From: a virus
Lineage: Duplodnaviria > Caudoviricetes
DNA length: 56,040 nt
Virus record (IMG/VR): IMGVR_UViG_3300042294_002897
Location: 1 to 56,040 of that record
Strand: one strand, 5' to 3'
The notes under the pieces: model-generated
What the model was told of the DNA's origin: nothing
Seen by the model: only the letters and a program-made list of their open reading frames with translations
Database searches by the model: none
Shown here: positions 8,637-19,055 of the stretch, in pieces
How positions within the stretch are numbered: the stretch's first letter is position 1
Layout: each line of letters opens with the position of its first letter
Translations under genes and position numbers: made by a program

Positions 8637-10114
8637 TTTTGGTTTACTATTTGAAAAGTTAATTGTCTTTTATAAGTATCTTTTTGTCCAGAAGTATTCA
8701 CTTTGATATCAACGTAATATTCATTGGGTATTTTATCTCTTGTGTCGAAAATAAAATAATACTCGTTAGGTGTTCGGTTTATAGGTGTCCACCCTTGAAC
8801 TTCTACTTCTGTTTGTCCTTCTCTTACATATACTCGATACTGAGCTTCTATGTTTTGTAAAACATATGCACTTGAATATGCTTGTTTTATTACCACCATC
8901 ACTTTTCGTATGTCGGTATTCACAATTTTTTCATTTTGTTTGATACCACTAAAATCAAACCCATACAATAGTGGGTCTTTAGACACACTACCAATCTGAT
9001 AAAATGCCGAGGAGGATTGTAAAACGAATTGGTTTTCAACATCATCAAGATTATTACCTTGTGCGATAATATTTGTCCATTTATCTGTAAATTGACAAGG
9101 AGTATTGTAACCTGATAAAGGTGGAATTACAACCTCATAAACACCCTTGGTTACCAAACAAGTAGTCAAACCTGTATAACCTGCTATGGGTTCATCATCA
9201 GGATCCAAAATGTCTACAATTGGATTTTGATCTAAATTTAAATAATCACCATTCGCAAAAATATACAAGTACAATTTGTTTGTTCTACCTTGTACAAAGG
9301 TGACTCGATTGTCTTCAATCAAATCATCAAATGTGGTTTGTAAGAATGGTTGATAGAATGTTTGTGTATGTCTTGTAAAAAATCCCACAGAATACGTTAC
9401 GGTGAGTCCTGTGATATTTTCTATTTGAGGGACGTATGCAATCCCCCAACCCGTAGAACCTGTCGTAGAACCCGTTATAATCGAATTTATTTCGTGGGTC
9501 ATATCAAAATTGATATCTTCGTTTCCAAATTCAAAGTGTTGTGTATCAACAATAGTCAAAGCAGAATAATTTAATCCTGTATTACCCGTACTAGTATTGT
9601 CGTTACTGTAAATGCCAGGCAAAGACCAATTTGTAATTGTAGTTGTTTGATACCAATTTGATGGTCTTGTAGAAAAATTCTTATTGTAACCCCAACTATC
9701 TAATGCGGGTGTATCCACATAATCGTATCCAACACCTTCATCCCAAGTTTGTGAGTTTCCTGTTGACCCAGAAGATTTTGGTATTCTGAAAAGAATTAAG
9801 TCAAATGAAGTTGCTCTTATCGATTGATCGGAGGCTTCTGTATTAAGAAGATCGATATCAAAACTTGAAGTGTTGGTCATCTTCAAGGTGTGAGTCATAG
9901 CGGATGTACAACCTGTGGATATAACACCTGAAGCTATGTTCTCCAATAATGGATCAAGATCTAAATCAAAGATAAACCTTGTAAAACCATTTGGGGCTGT
10001 TGTTTGAAGACTCGTACCATAAAATAATTGCATTACGGGGTTTCTACCCGTATTTACAAAACTACTCTTTTGTATGGTATTATTTTTTGAAAAATAAGAG
10101 CGGAAAATTGACAT
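8633..10114 (-). CDS. Putative virion structural protein
   Basis: 493 aa, beta-rich, Ser/Thr/Gly-rich. TATTTATA at 10135-10128 upstream. Next to the baseplate hub gene. Confidence 0.55.
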   Translation of the reverse strand: MSIFRSYFSKNNTIQKSSFVNTGRNPVMQLFYGTSLQTTAPNGFTRFIFDLDLDPLLENIASGVISTGCTSAMTHTLKMTNTSSFDIDLLNTEASDQSIRATSFDLILFRIPKSSGSTGNSQTWDEGVGYDYVDTPALDSWGYNKNFSTRPSNWYQTTTITNWSLPGIYSNDNTSTGNTGLNYSALTIVDTQHFEFGNEDINFDMTHEINSIITGSTTGSTGWGIAYVPQIENITGLTVTYSVGFFTRHTQTFYQPFLQTTFDDLIEDNRVTFVQGRTNKLYLYIFANGDYLNLDQNPIVDILDPDDEPIAGYTGLTTCLVTKGVYEVVIPPLSGYNTPCQFTDKWTNIIAQGNNLDDVENQFVLQSSSAFYQIGSVSKDPLLYGFDFSGIKQNEKIVNTDIRKVMVVIKQAYSSAYVLQNIEAQYRVYVREGQTEVEVQGWTPINRTPNEYYFIFDTRDKIPNEYYVDIKVNTSGQKDTYKRQLTFQIVNQK

Positions 10115-10135
10115 TCATGTATTTTACTATAAATA

Positions 10136-11653
10136 TCAATTTATTCGGATATTTTCATTCAAAACTTTATACTTTATGATACCTAAATCTTCAGCTCTAC
10201 TACCATTAAGTGCAACATCGTCTGGAGGATATCCGTGGTATGGATGAACATGAGACAATACAAATTTTTCTAATCTATTCAAATAATCAACCAGTCTTTC
10301 TCCTCTAACAGTACTGAATGTACTTGGTAACACATTTTGAGTAAATTGTTCTTGTGTAATACCCATCATGGTATTCGGATATGGAGATAATGAAGGAGAA
10401 TAAGTTATCGGATTATTAGATTTTGGAGATGATAAAACTATATTGTTTGCACTAGCCATTATAAATGTGCCGAAAATTTCTTCATTATTTACAGGTTTTA
10501 GTTTATCTAATCCTATTGATTTCGGTTGGCCTATAAAATCTTTTGAACTTACCAAACCAAAATAATAACTATCAGTACCTGAACCTGGATTTAATGTTAT
10601 TTTAGAAATTATGGATGAAATATTAGAGAATGTAGTTGGATTAATATTACTATCTCCAGCAGAAATTTGAATTCTTATATTAGCATTTGGTCTATAGATA
10701 AATGGGAATTGGTCTTTTACTTGGAATCCTTCTATTGAATTGCTATCGTTAACATCTTTTATAAATTTATTTATAGTGGTTATAGTATCGTTTAAATTCA
10801 AAGAAAAAAACTTTTTAGTTACAAGTAAAAATTTAGAAGTTTCCAAATCACTATCATAATTTATAACATTAGTTGTTATTAAATTTGACGATCGTAAACT
10901 ATAAAGTGTGATATCACCGTTAAAAATTTTTTGTGGATTATCTGGATTATAGATATTCCACTCTACCATCATTTTTGTATCTAAAATTTTTGTTTCTAAT
11001 TTTATAATTGTTTGGATTGGTCCAGCAACTGGAATTGAATTGAAACTTGAGACTTGGACGTAGGCCCTATCAAGATTTGCAACTGGTTTATCTCTTTTAT
11101 CTAAAAATTTAGTTTTTCCAGATCTTATTAAAACCGTGTCTAATCCTTGAGTTCCTTCTCTTATGATTATATCAGATTTTCCTCTACCTAAAAGAGCAAC
11201 ATCACCTAAATCTGGAAAAACACCGAAACTAGAGGTGGGATCTATCCATTCACCTGTGGTTTTGTCTTTTAAAGGTATTGTGGATTTTATTCTATAACCT
11301 AAAGTTGTGTAAGTTCCTGCAGCAATTTCATTTTCAAAAGGTAAAGACATCATACTTGTAAACATTCCTTGAATGTAATATCTGTCTTGAAATCTTTCTT
11401 GTGGATTTTGAAAAATTAATGAAACTCTTTCATTTTCTAATGGTACTTGGTTAAAAAATAATGGGATGAGTGGCAAAAAAACGTAAGGATCTCTTTCGGT
11501 CCATTCGTCACCTGGTTTAAATTTCCAACCTTCTAATGCGTTTATCTGATTTTGATCAGAAGGTTGTACACGTACTCTACCTAATCCCATCGGATCTTTG
11601 TTATTTATTACACTACCTACGAAGAGTACCTGACCTAAGGATTTATCTGCCAT
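10136..11653 (-). CDS. Baseplate hub/spike protein (gp5/VgrG-like)
   Basis: N-terminal OB-fold motif G.VINNKDP..LGRVRV..P...E.V. GD..L.GR..SDI. C-terminal HVHPYH spike-tip motif. Confidence 0.7.
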   Translation of the reverse strand: MADKSLGQVLFVGSVINNKDPMGLGRVRVQPSDQNQINALEGWKFKPGDEWTERDPYVFLPLIPLFFNQVPLENERVSLIFQNPQERFQDRYYIQGMFTSMMSLPFENEIAAGTYTTLGYRIKSTIPLKDKTTGEWIDPTSSFGVFPDLGDVALLGRGKSDIIIREGTQGLDTVLIRSGKTKFLDKRDKPVANLDRAYVQVSSFNSIPVAGPIQTIIKLETKILDTKMMVEWNIYNPDNPQKIFNGDITLYSLRSSNLITTNVINYDSDLETSKFLLVTKKFFSLNLNDTITTINKFIKDVNDSNSIEGFQVKDQFPFIYRPNANIRIQISAGDSNINPTTFSNISSIISKITLNPGSGTDSYYFGLVSSKDFIGQPKSIGLDKLKPVNNEEIFGTFIMASANNIVLSSPKSNNPITYSPSLSPYPNTMMGITQEQFTQNVLPSTFSTVRGERLVDYLNRLEKFVLSHVHPYHGYPPDDVALNGSRAEDLGIIKYKVLNENIRIN

Positions 11654-11843
11654 TTCTTATTGTGTATTCAGAGTAAATTTTATTGTACAAATTTTCTATG
11701 TTGTCTAAATGCAAAGATAAATTTATAATCATTTGTTTAGTTTGTTCAAAATCGTCAGATAAAAAATTCATTGAATCTATTAAATCTTTGTTAGAACTTG
11801 ATTTAATATCTAGAATAATTTTATTTAAATTTTCAACTTCCAT
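11643..11843 (-). CDS. Small coiled-coil hypothetical protein
   Basis: Likely start ATG 11843 (MEVENL), coupled to the upstream stop. Confidence 0.55.
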   Translation of the reverse strand: MEVENLNKIILDIKSSSNKDLIDSMNFLSDDFEQTKQMIINLSLHLDNIENLYNKIYSEYTIRNGR

Positions 11844-11844
11844 A

Positions 11845-13791
11845 CTAAAATGATTGACCAAATCCTTGCATCGGAAGTACAAAAGGTCCTTGTACTGTTC
11901 CTAAATTGGTAGTTATTTGTGTTTTACCATTTGCAATTCTTTCATTTTCTATACCAATAATAGAATTTTTTAATACTAACATTCCAATATTAGGTTTCCC
12001 ACTTGGCATAGGTCCTGTTGGTACTCCTAATTTTTGTAATTGTTTAGTCACATTAAGAAATGCTCTTATATCTGAAAATCCTGATTTAAATCTAGCTAAT
12101 GGCATTAATTGACTTGGTATATCAATTCTAACTGAGGTAAGAGCCAATCTAATTAAATCTAACATTTCATCTATTACACTTTCACATCTCCTATAATCTT
12201 GTATCAATTTATTAATAATAAGACCAGCCTCAATAAGGGAAATAATCATAGCATATTTTTTATTAGCCGCATTTTTTCTAAGTTCGATCACAATTCTTCT
12301 CAATATTATTTTTAATTCTTGTACAATTATATTTCTTAAAATTTGAACATATCTAGCAACTATTTTAGACATAATTTGTATCGCAAATTTTCTAAATTTT
12401 TTTATAAACTCAAATGAGTCGGTTATTTCTGAAATTTCAGATAACATATTATTCCTAGTACTTATGATCATAATATAAAATGGTAGTAAAACTTTAGGAG
12501 TAAGTATAGACATAAAAATACCTTTAGGTATTGCAGAAAGAATATCTAAATTTAGATTGGCTTGAATATTAATAGAAGGTAGTAAAAGTTTTAAACGTTT
12601 CTGAATAACATCTTGTGTATTGTTAAAAACTTGAGAAATTTGTTGAGAGTTATTTTCATCAATTTGAAGAACTTCAAGGATCGATTGTAAAATTTCTTCA
12701 CTATTAACTGGTGCTTTTACGTTATCACAATCTTCAAATTCCATGACACCACTAATAATATTATTAGTTATAGTATTAATTTCTCTCAAATCTATTTCTG
12801 TGAATTCAAAAAAACTGTTATCTATGGCGTTTGTTGGTGACACTTTTGCATTTCCACTTACATCAATTTCACTTCTATCATCAAAACAGAGTCCCATAAT
12901 TCTTTGTAAAATAATTTGAAATTTTGTTTGTGTCTCGACTTGTTTACTAGTTAAACCAATTTCTATACTCATAAAACCACTGAGTAGTTCGAAAATTATA
13001 CCAATTATTCCTTGAATATCAGTAACTTGAATTGTTTTAAAATAATCGACTAAAAACTCTGAAACTAAATTTTCTGGTTGTCTATTTAAAAGAGTTACTT
13101 TGAAATAATGTCCAGGTTGATTTAAATTATTTATTGTTGTATACTCTATATCAAATAAATTTTGTGTAGAAAATCCATTGTAGTTGGTATTAAATTCTTG
13201 ACTAAATGGTTTATTTATATTTTGTATCAAAGTATAAAGTTGTTTATTAAATGGATTACGACCTCTAAAATTAACGGGTGCTACTGGAAGTTTTTCATAA
13301 GAAATCTTTCCAATTGGCGAGTTAGGGTCTATTTTAAGCATCCCAAATATATCAACAGATTTTACGGGTATGTAAATTCCTAAAGAAGTAGATCCTAAAT
13401 AGGTTTGTTCTTGTGAACAACCAATTTCAGAAATCATTTCATCAGTTATTATTTGAGGAATTTCAGAAACAATTTGAGTGAGTGATCTTACAAAGATACT
13501 TTTGATGTAATTTAAATTATCATTATTTGATTTACCTGAAAACCCTAAACCAGGTAAACTTCTTCCTATATCTGTAAGTTTTTCTAATTGATTTTTAATC
13601 TTTCGTTGAAATTCTTTGTTTTTTTTTTCTAAATTTTGTATGTCCGAAATTATTTTATTAGCGGATTGTTCTATATTAGAATCTTCTTTGCTTGTTATTT
13701 CAGATTCAGCTACTTTGGAATCATTAAAACTCTTGAACGAGTTAATTTCGGATTCGAAAAGTGTGTACTTATCATCAAATGGACCTGCCAT
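11845..13791 (-). CDS. Large helical hypothetical protein (probable baseplate/tail module)
   Basis: 648 aa in an operon with the gp5-like gene. No catalytic motif recognised. Confidence 0.5.
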   Translation of the reverse strand: MAGPFDDKYTLFESEINSFKSFNDSKVAESEITSKEDSNIEQSANKIISDIQNLEKKNKEFQRKIKNQLEKLTDIGRSLPGLGFSGKSNNDNLNYIKSIFVRSLTQIVSEIPQIITDEMISEIGCSQEQTYLGSTSLGIYIPVKSVDIFGMLKIDPNSPIGKISYEKLPVAPVNFRGRNPFNKQLYTLIQNINKPFSQEFNTNYNGFSTQNLFDIEYTTINNLNQPGHYFKVTLLNRQPENLVSEFLVDYFKTIQVTDIQGIIGIIFELLSGFMSIEIGLTSKQVETQTKFQIILQRIMGLCFDDRSEIDVSGNAKVSPTNAIDNSFFEFTEIDLREINTITNNIISGVMEFEDCDNVKAPVNSEEILQSILEVLQIDENNSQQISQVFNNTQDVIQKRLKLLLPSINIQANLNLDILSAIPKGIFMSILTPKVLLPFYIMIISTRNNMLSEISEITDSFEFIKKFRKFAIQIMSKIVARYVQILRNIIVQELKIILRRIVIELRKNAANKKYAMIISLIEAGLIINKLIQDYRRCESVIDEMLDLIRLALTSVRIDIPSQLMPLARFKSGFSDIRAFLNVTKQLQKLGVPTGPMPSGKPNIGMLVLKNSIIGIENERIANGKTQITTNLGTVQGPFVLPMQGFGQSF

Positions 13792-13794
13792 TAG

Positions 13795-14157
13795 TTATAG
13801 TTTATACTTCGGATTATCTATAGATTCAGCGTCTTTTGTAATTAATGCTTGTAACATTTCTTCGTCAATATCTGTCAAGTTCATATCATCTTTATTGGTG
13901 TTTTTTTCCCATATAGTTGATTGAAGTTTTGCTAACGTAAGTTTTTTTTCAACAACATCATTAATTATCTTTTGTTGTTTTTCCAAAACGGGACCTATAT
14001 TTTGCATATCATCAGGATCTTTTAAAAATGCTAACATTTTATTTTGAATTCTAATGGCGGTGGATCTTTGTTCTACAAGTTCATTATAAATTTCTTGCAT
14101 AAGTGTTAAAATACTATCTTTAGATAGATTTATTTCTTTTTTTCTAATTTTACTCAT
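13795..14157 (-). CDS. Coiled-coil hypothetical protein
   Basis: 120 aa. TATTTAAT at 14168-14161 immediately upstream. Confidence 0.55.
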   Translation of the reverse strand: MSKIRKKEINLSKDSILTLMQEIYNELVEQRSTAIRIQNKMLAFLKDPDDMQNIGPVLEKQQKIINDVVEKKLTLAKLQSTIWEKNTNKDDMNLTDIDEEMLQALITKDAESIDNPKYKL

Positions 14158-14186
14158 AATATTAAATATAGTCAGTTTAAGTAATT

Positions 14187-14900
14187 TTAAAGTAAATCAT
14201 TGAGGACTGATAAATATAGTTTTTTAAATTTTTTCATGGCAGTCCTAATTTCTTTTGTGTTTAAATTCGACATTTCTCTAATTGACATCAAAATTATGTT
14301 TTTATTAAATTTGTTATTTCCAGATTCTTGAAAAATATTATCATAGTTTGAAAGTATTTCTAAAAGAGACAACCCCAATTTTTTTTCATTATCATTGATG
14401 TTATTAGTTTCTAAAAATTCACTTAATTTAACAATGAAGTGACTAATTATTTTTTCAGTTTCATGGGGTTCAGCATCAATGTAATAAATCATATCATGCC
14501 TATCTTCTAAAGAACTTGATATATCTTCATAAGATACATTACGATTTGTGTCTTTTTGATCTTTTATTATTTGACCCATCAAATAATTTTTACAAATAGT
14601 ACCAAAGTATGAATAAGCTTTTTTATTTTTTGATGGATTAAATTTATCTACTTTCGTCATAAGAAAAGAGTGAGTATCGTTGTGAATTTCTTCAAACGTC
14701 ATATCTTTTCTGTATAGTTTGTATCTTCTTATTATCGAAGATATCATCTTATCTAAAGGTTTTCTTAAGAAAGTATTATAGATTTCATTTCGTTTTTCAG
14801 ATGTTTGAGCCTCTAAAAATTTTTTTACAGCCTCTTCTTCTGGAATATCAAAATAGTTATCTTTAATTCCTCTTTTTTTTTGATTAATATTATCCGACAT
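14187..14900 (-). CDS. Phage sigma factor (T4 gp55-like late sigma)
   Basis: NYF..EEEAV; region-2-like KFNPSK.KKAYSYFGTICKNYL (compare gp55-type FDP.K..NPFAYFTQI); C-terminal helical segment. Confidence 0.65.
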   Translation of the reverse strand: MSDNINQKKRGIKDNYFDIPEEEAVKKFLEAQTSEKRNEIYNTFLRKPLDKMISSIIRRYKLYRKDMTFEEIHNDTHSFLMTKVDKFNPSKNKKAYSYFGTICKNYLMGQIIKDQKDTNRNVSYEDISSSLEDRHDMIYYIDAEPHETEKIISHFIVKLSEFLETNNINDNEKKLGLSLLEILSNYDNIFQESGNNKFNKNIILMSIREMSNLNTKEIRTAMKKFKKLYLSVLNDLL

Positions 14901-15703
14901 TAATTTGTTTCTGAAACAAATTTTATATTTCTGTCAATTGTAAAAAAATGTTCTTTTTTAGCGGTAGATATCCAAAATTTTACTTCGTCTTCTGTCATTA
15001 TATTTTTTCCATTTTTGTAATTCCAAAAAATAGAACCTTCTCTTAATGTAGTATGTTTGTATCCAATTTTTGGGATTGTCATAATAACTAAATTATTGTA
15101 TGTCATTCTCAAAAAGAATTCATAAACAAAAGTTAGTTTCATAGTGGCTTTAAAACCACCAAAATTTAAAAATTTTTGTTTATTAATCACCATACCAGAT
15201 GATTGAAAATTCTGATATTGTAATAAAGTTTCATTTGACAAAATTCCAATTTCCTGAGAAAAATTAGCGGCAAAAGTCGCTTCATTTGTAAACCCTAAAA
15301 ACATTCCCTTTTCGTCAACATCAACCACCATTGGTAAAAAACCATCAACATTTGGATACACGGTTATGTATTTTTTTATATTTCTGAACCAAACATTAGA
15401 ATATTCATCGTCAAATTCCAAAAAACTCACATACTCACAATTAGAATTTTCAACACCAAAATTAATCTGAGATTGAAAATTTGGTTTTTTTACCCACTCA
15501 ATCAATTTAGTATTTAATTTATCAAAGTCATATTCTTTAAGAAACTTGACTAAGTTTTCTTCTTGGGTATGTACAATTAATAATTCTTCTGGTAATATTT
15601 CTTGATTTTGAATTGATTTAATGCATTTATCAAAATAGACCTCAAAATCTTTTGTTAAAGCAGATTTTATTGGTAATATTACACTTAAATTAATTTTTTC
15701 CAT
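14900..15703 (-). CDS. Glycosyltransferase family 2 (GT-A)
   Basis: LSVILPI; SIQNQ..P.ELLIV; N.GV....EYVSFLEFDD. Confidence 0.85.
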   Translation of the reverse strand: MEKINLSVILPIKSALTKDFEVYFDKCIKSIQNQEILPEELLIVHTQEENLVKFLKEYDFDKLNTKLIEWVKKPNFQSQINFGVENSNCEYVSFLEFDDEYSNVWFRNIKKYITVYPNVDGFLPMVVDVDEKGMFLGFTNEATFAANFSQEIGILSNETLLQYQNFQSSGMVINKQKFLNFGGFKATMKLTFVYEFFLRMTYNNLVIMTIPKIGYKHTTLREGSIFWNYKNGKNIMTEDEVKFWISTAKKEHFFTIDRNIKFVSETN

Positions 15704-15707
15704 AATT

Positions 15708-16763
15708 TTAATTATTTTGTATTTGGTTTAGTTGGTCTTCGAAGAACATCTTCCTTTTATTTTGAAAATCTTCAAATATTTTTAAAACTTCGGATTCGAA
15801 ATCGTCTATTTTTGTGTATTTATTTACAGTTTCAAAACCTGATTCATATAATTTTGGAGTTACTGAATCTTCTAACCAAGTTTGAGTAAAGTCTGCAATT
15901 ACATCGATAATTTGTAATGGATCTTCAACCCAAATACCATTGTTGTCATTCATCCATTCTGGTTTGATATACGGAATTTTACCAATTACTGGAACACCTG
16001 TTGCCATACATTCTATTGGAAATGTTCCAAATGAAGATGTGGGATCAATCCATACACCAAGAAAAGCGTCTTGCATTGTTTTAGCAAATTCTTCTTCGGA
16101 GATCCCACGTAAGTCTCTGAATGTAACAAACCTAAATTGCGGGTATTTTAAATAAAATGATTTTATAAGATTTAATCCATCACGTTGTTCTCTTGAATGA
16201 ACCACTACTATTGGTTTTGGTGGCTTTACTTGGGGTACAAAACAACTTGAAATCAAAGGGGTTAGAACTTCAACCGACATATTTTTCATAATCTTAGAAA
16301 TCCAATCTTTTTGTGTCTCACTAGTTGTGATACATTTGAAAAACCCAAATTGGCTCCAATTAGCACCAGGTTGTAAAGTTTCTAAAATGTGATCATATGC
16401 TTGACATAGTACTATTTTTCCACAAGGTAAATTTTTAACTTGATCCATCACAAAACCAAAAATTTCAGGTATAACTAACAAATCATCAGGTGCGATCTGT
16501 AAATTAGTCCCTTCTAAAATTGAAAAATTAAGGTTTTTATATTTTTTATATGTCCAAGAATTAACGTCAACATAATCTTTTTTTTCATATAACATTATGA
16601 CATTGTGACCGTTATCTTTTAACACCTGGGCAATGTCATAAATAATGCGTATCGAAGCTTTAGCATTACCCTTAGTATCTTGTAAAAAAAAATATATTTT
16701 ATTAGTTTTATTAATTATGTTGGAAATAGATTTTTCCAAATTTAGTTTTAAATCTTCACTCAT
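15708..16763 (-). CDS. Glycosyltransferase (GT-B, GT4-like)
   Basis: D.LVIPE in the N-domain; SSFGTFPIECMATGVPVIG in the C-domain. Confidence 0.8.
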   Translation of the reverse strand: MSEDLKLNLEKSISNIINKTNKIYFFLQDTKGNAKASIRIIYDIAQVLKDNGHNVIMLYEKKDYVDVNSWTYKKYKNLNFSILEGTNLQIAPDDLLVIPEIFGFVMDQVKNLPCGKIVLCQAYDHILETLQPGANWSQFGFFKCITTSETQKDWISKIMKNMSVEVLTPLISSCFVPQVKPPKPIVVVHSREQRDGLNLIKSFYLKYPQFRFVTFRDLRGISEEEFAKTMQDAFLGVWIDPTSSFGTFPIECMATGVPVIGKIPYIKPEWMNDNNGIWVEDPLQIIDVIADFTQTWLEDSVTPKLYESGFETVNKYTKIDDFESEVLKIFEDFQNKRKMFFEDQLNQIQNN

Positions 16764-16767
16764 TTTA

Positions 16768-17040
16768 TTATAATTTTTGAATAAATTTATTGAATAACAT
16801 AGTGTTCCACGCTAATCTGAAAGAAACACTTAAATCGTGAGAATTTTTACTTGCGACCATTTTTTCATCAATGGGTTGCATTTCCGAAAAAATCACATCT
16901 GTTAAAGTTTTTACTATTTCAAATTTAATTACGGAAATATGTTGATTTTCACCTGTTCCCGAAAAGTCCGGTCTATCTATAAAATTATCAATTGCGTTGA
17001 TATTAAGATAGTATTGTTCTCCTAAAACGTCTAGCATCAT
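16768..17040 (-). CDS. Hypothetical protein
   Basis: 90 aa ORF in a translationally coupled operon. Confidence 0.55.
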   Translation of the reverse strand: MMLDVLGEQYYLNINAIDNFIDRPDFSGTGENQHISVIKFEIVKTLTDVIFSEMQPIDEKMVASKNSHDLSVSFRLAWNTMLFNKFIQKL

Positions 17041-17627
17041 ATTAATTTTTTTACAAGTTCTGAAAGTTCTGAGATTGAACTTATAGAGTATTTTATTTTT
17101 ATATCAGTATTATAAGGTTTTTCAAATTTAATTAAAGTTTTATTTTTATTAATTTGTAATAATTCTGGATCTGTTGTTAATAAAATATCAAATTCTTTCC
17201 ATATTTTACGTTTGTTCTTGTTATTGTAAAAAACAATTTTTTCAATCTCACACCCAAATTTAGATACGAAAAACAAGGTTGCTGGTTTACTTTTTCCTAT
17301 TTGTTTCGAGATTAATAAAAACTCTACTTTACCAAAATACTCTTTATAAATTTCATTTAAAATATGAAATGTACTCATCTCAGTTGATGGTGCATGTCCA
17401 AAAATCTGCATAGTAAATTCGTTGAACATAAAGTTATAATATTCGTCATCATTTTTAAAATTGAAGTGATTTCGGTAATCATTGGTGTTATAAGGTTTAT
17501 AGATTTCAAATTTGAAATCGTCATCGACCAACTCTAATTCATCAATAAAGAACTTTTGATAAATTTGTTCTATTTTTTCGAATGTGTCTCTCAAAACACC
17601 TTCAACATCAATTGCAATCCTAAGCAT
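17037..17627 (-). CDS. HAD-superfamily 5'(3')-nucleotidase-like protein
   Basis: RIAIDVEGVLRD (DxDGV-like) and C-terminal F.KPYN. Confidence 0.65.
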   Translation of the reverse strand: MLRIAIDVEGVLRDTFEKIEQIYQKFFIDELELVDDDFKFEIYKPYNTNDYRNHFNFKNDDEYYNFMFNEFTMQIFGHAPSTEMSTFHILNEIYKEYFGKVEFLLISKQIGKSKPATLFFVSKFGCEIEKIVFYNNKNKRKIWKEFDILLTTDPELLQINKNKTLIKFEKPYNTDIKIKYSISSISELSELVKKLI

Positions 17628-18291
17628 TTTTTACAAAAATTAAATGGTCATCTCCGATTGGATTATCGTACTCATCAATTCTACACCCTACAAATTCTCC
17701 TGATTTTCTCTCACTAGGAAATGGTTTTTTTTCAAAAAGGTCATCATGAGTACATTTATCATTTATAAATTTATCATGAATAATTTTTAAAAATGATTGA
17801 TCATTACCATAAGTTTTATCGAAACTTAAATTAAAATTTTTTATTTCATTTAACATATTTATTTTGTTCCCTTTTATACCCCACATTCCACCTAAAATAC
17901 TCAACGGTACACTACCAGCAGGACAATAATGATATGGGTGATCTCTCATCACATGAATAGTTTTACCACTATCAATCCATTCAATTACTGCATATTTTTC
18001 CCTCTCCGATATTCTAGAATCAGTATCTCTAAAAATTACATATTCTGAGTCTAAAATATCCGTCGCAAGAAATCTCCAAAACATTCCATATAAATTACTA
18101 TATGACATATCAAAAGTTGTTACATTTAATTTTTTCAATTGTATAAGTGTTTCTTTTGGGACACTTTCATCATAGTATAAAACCATTTTCCAATTAGGAT
18201 AAATTTGTGAACACAACTGAGCATTTCGTATGGCACCTATATTATAAATTGGGTTGTCACCCCATAAACTGAAACTTATGTAGTTAGTCAT
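17620..18291 (-). CDS. Putative glycosyltransferase (GT-A-like; paralog of 33496-34134)
   Basis: ISFSLWG; MFWRF; FRDTDSR (DxD); H.MRDHP.H; ILGGMWG; DQ.FL. Confidence 0.6.
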   Translation of the reverse strand: MTNYISFSLWGDNPIYNIGAIRNAQLCSQIYPNWKMVLYYDESVPKETLIQLKKLNVTTFDMSYSNLYGMFWRFLATDILDSEYVIFRDTDSRISEREKYAVIEWIDSGKTIHVMRDHPYHYCPAGSVPLSILGGMWGIKGNKINMLNEIKNFNLSFDKTYGNDQSFLKIIHDKFINDKCTHDDLFEKKPFPSERKSGEFVGCRIDEYDNPIGDDHLIFVKNA

Positions 18292-18293
18292 CT

Positions 18294-19055
18294 TTATAAT
18301 TTAGGATAAATTAAGTCAAATCTACCAGATGGAAGCCCACTAGTTTCATGTGAATTACACTGATAATGAGTTAGACAATTATTAATAAACTCTGGTGATA
18401 TTTTTTTGAGTAAAAGATAAAAACTAATAGATCTTTCGTGCATATGTCCACAATATTGACTAACAACAATATCATCTATAAATTGGGAAAACCAATTGAC
18501 ATAATCAATAAGAATTTGGGTTTTCCAAGTAGAATTACTTGAACTACTCCATAAAGAAAAAGGAGGTTGTGTATTGATTAAATCAATTATATCGATTTGG
18601 GTTTTGTTTTTTATTGATTTTACCAATTCGTCAACCAAATATTCTAGTTTAACAAAAACAGGGTCTTCAATTATCATTGGTACATAACCAATAAAATCTG
18701 ATTTTTGATAAATTTTTTCACTCAGTTTTTCTGTGAATTGATTTGTTAAATTGATGTCATACTCAAATAAATTTACATATTCGGTTTCAATTAATCCATA
18801 TTTTGTTAAAATATACCAACCAGTAAATGATGTTAATTTTGGATATTTTTCTAGATTTCCTAAAAAATTCTTACAAATTATAACATTATCTATGTGCTCT
18901 ATTTTTGAACAATCATTTAAACTTAAAAATACATACTTAATATTCTCAATATTAGAAAATCTTTTTTTTTCTATACAATCTAGAATTATGTCCTGTGTAT
19001 GTGCGAAAATAAATGTAGTTATTTTATCTTTCATAGATCTAATAAATTTTTCCAT
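18294..19055 (-). CDS. Hypothetical protein, possible glycosyltransferase
   Basis: EYVNLFEYD and HER motifs, within the GT cluster. Confidence 0.4.
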   Translation of the reverse strand: MEKFIRSMKDKITTFIFAHTQDIILDCIEKKRFSNIENIKYVFLSLNDCSKIEHIDNVIICKNFLGNLEKYPKLTSFTGWYILTKYGLIETEYVNLFEYDINLTNQFTEKLSEKIYQKSDFIGYVPMIIEDPVFVKLEYLVDELVKSIKNKTQIDIIDLINTQPPFSLWSSSSNSTWKTQILIDYVNWFSQFIDDIVVSQYCGHMHERSISFYLLLKKISPEFINNCLTHYQCNSHETSGLPSGRFDLIYPKL

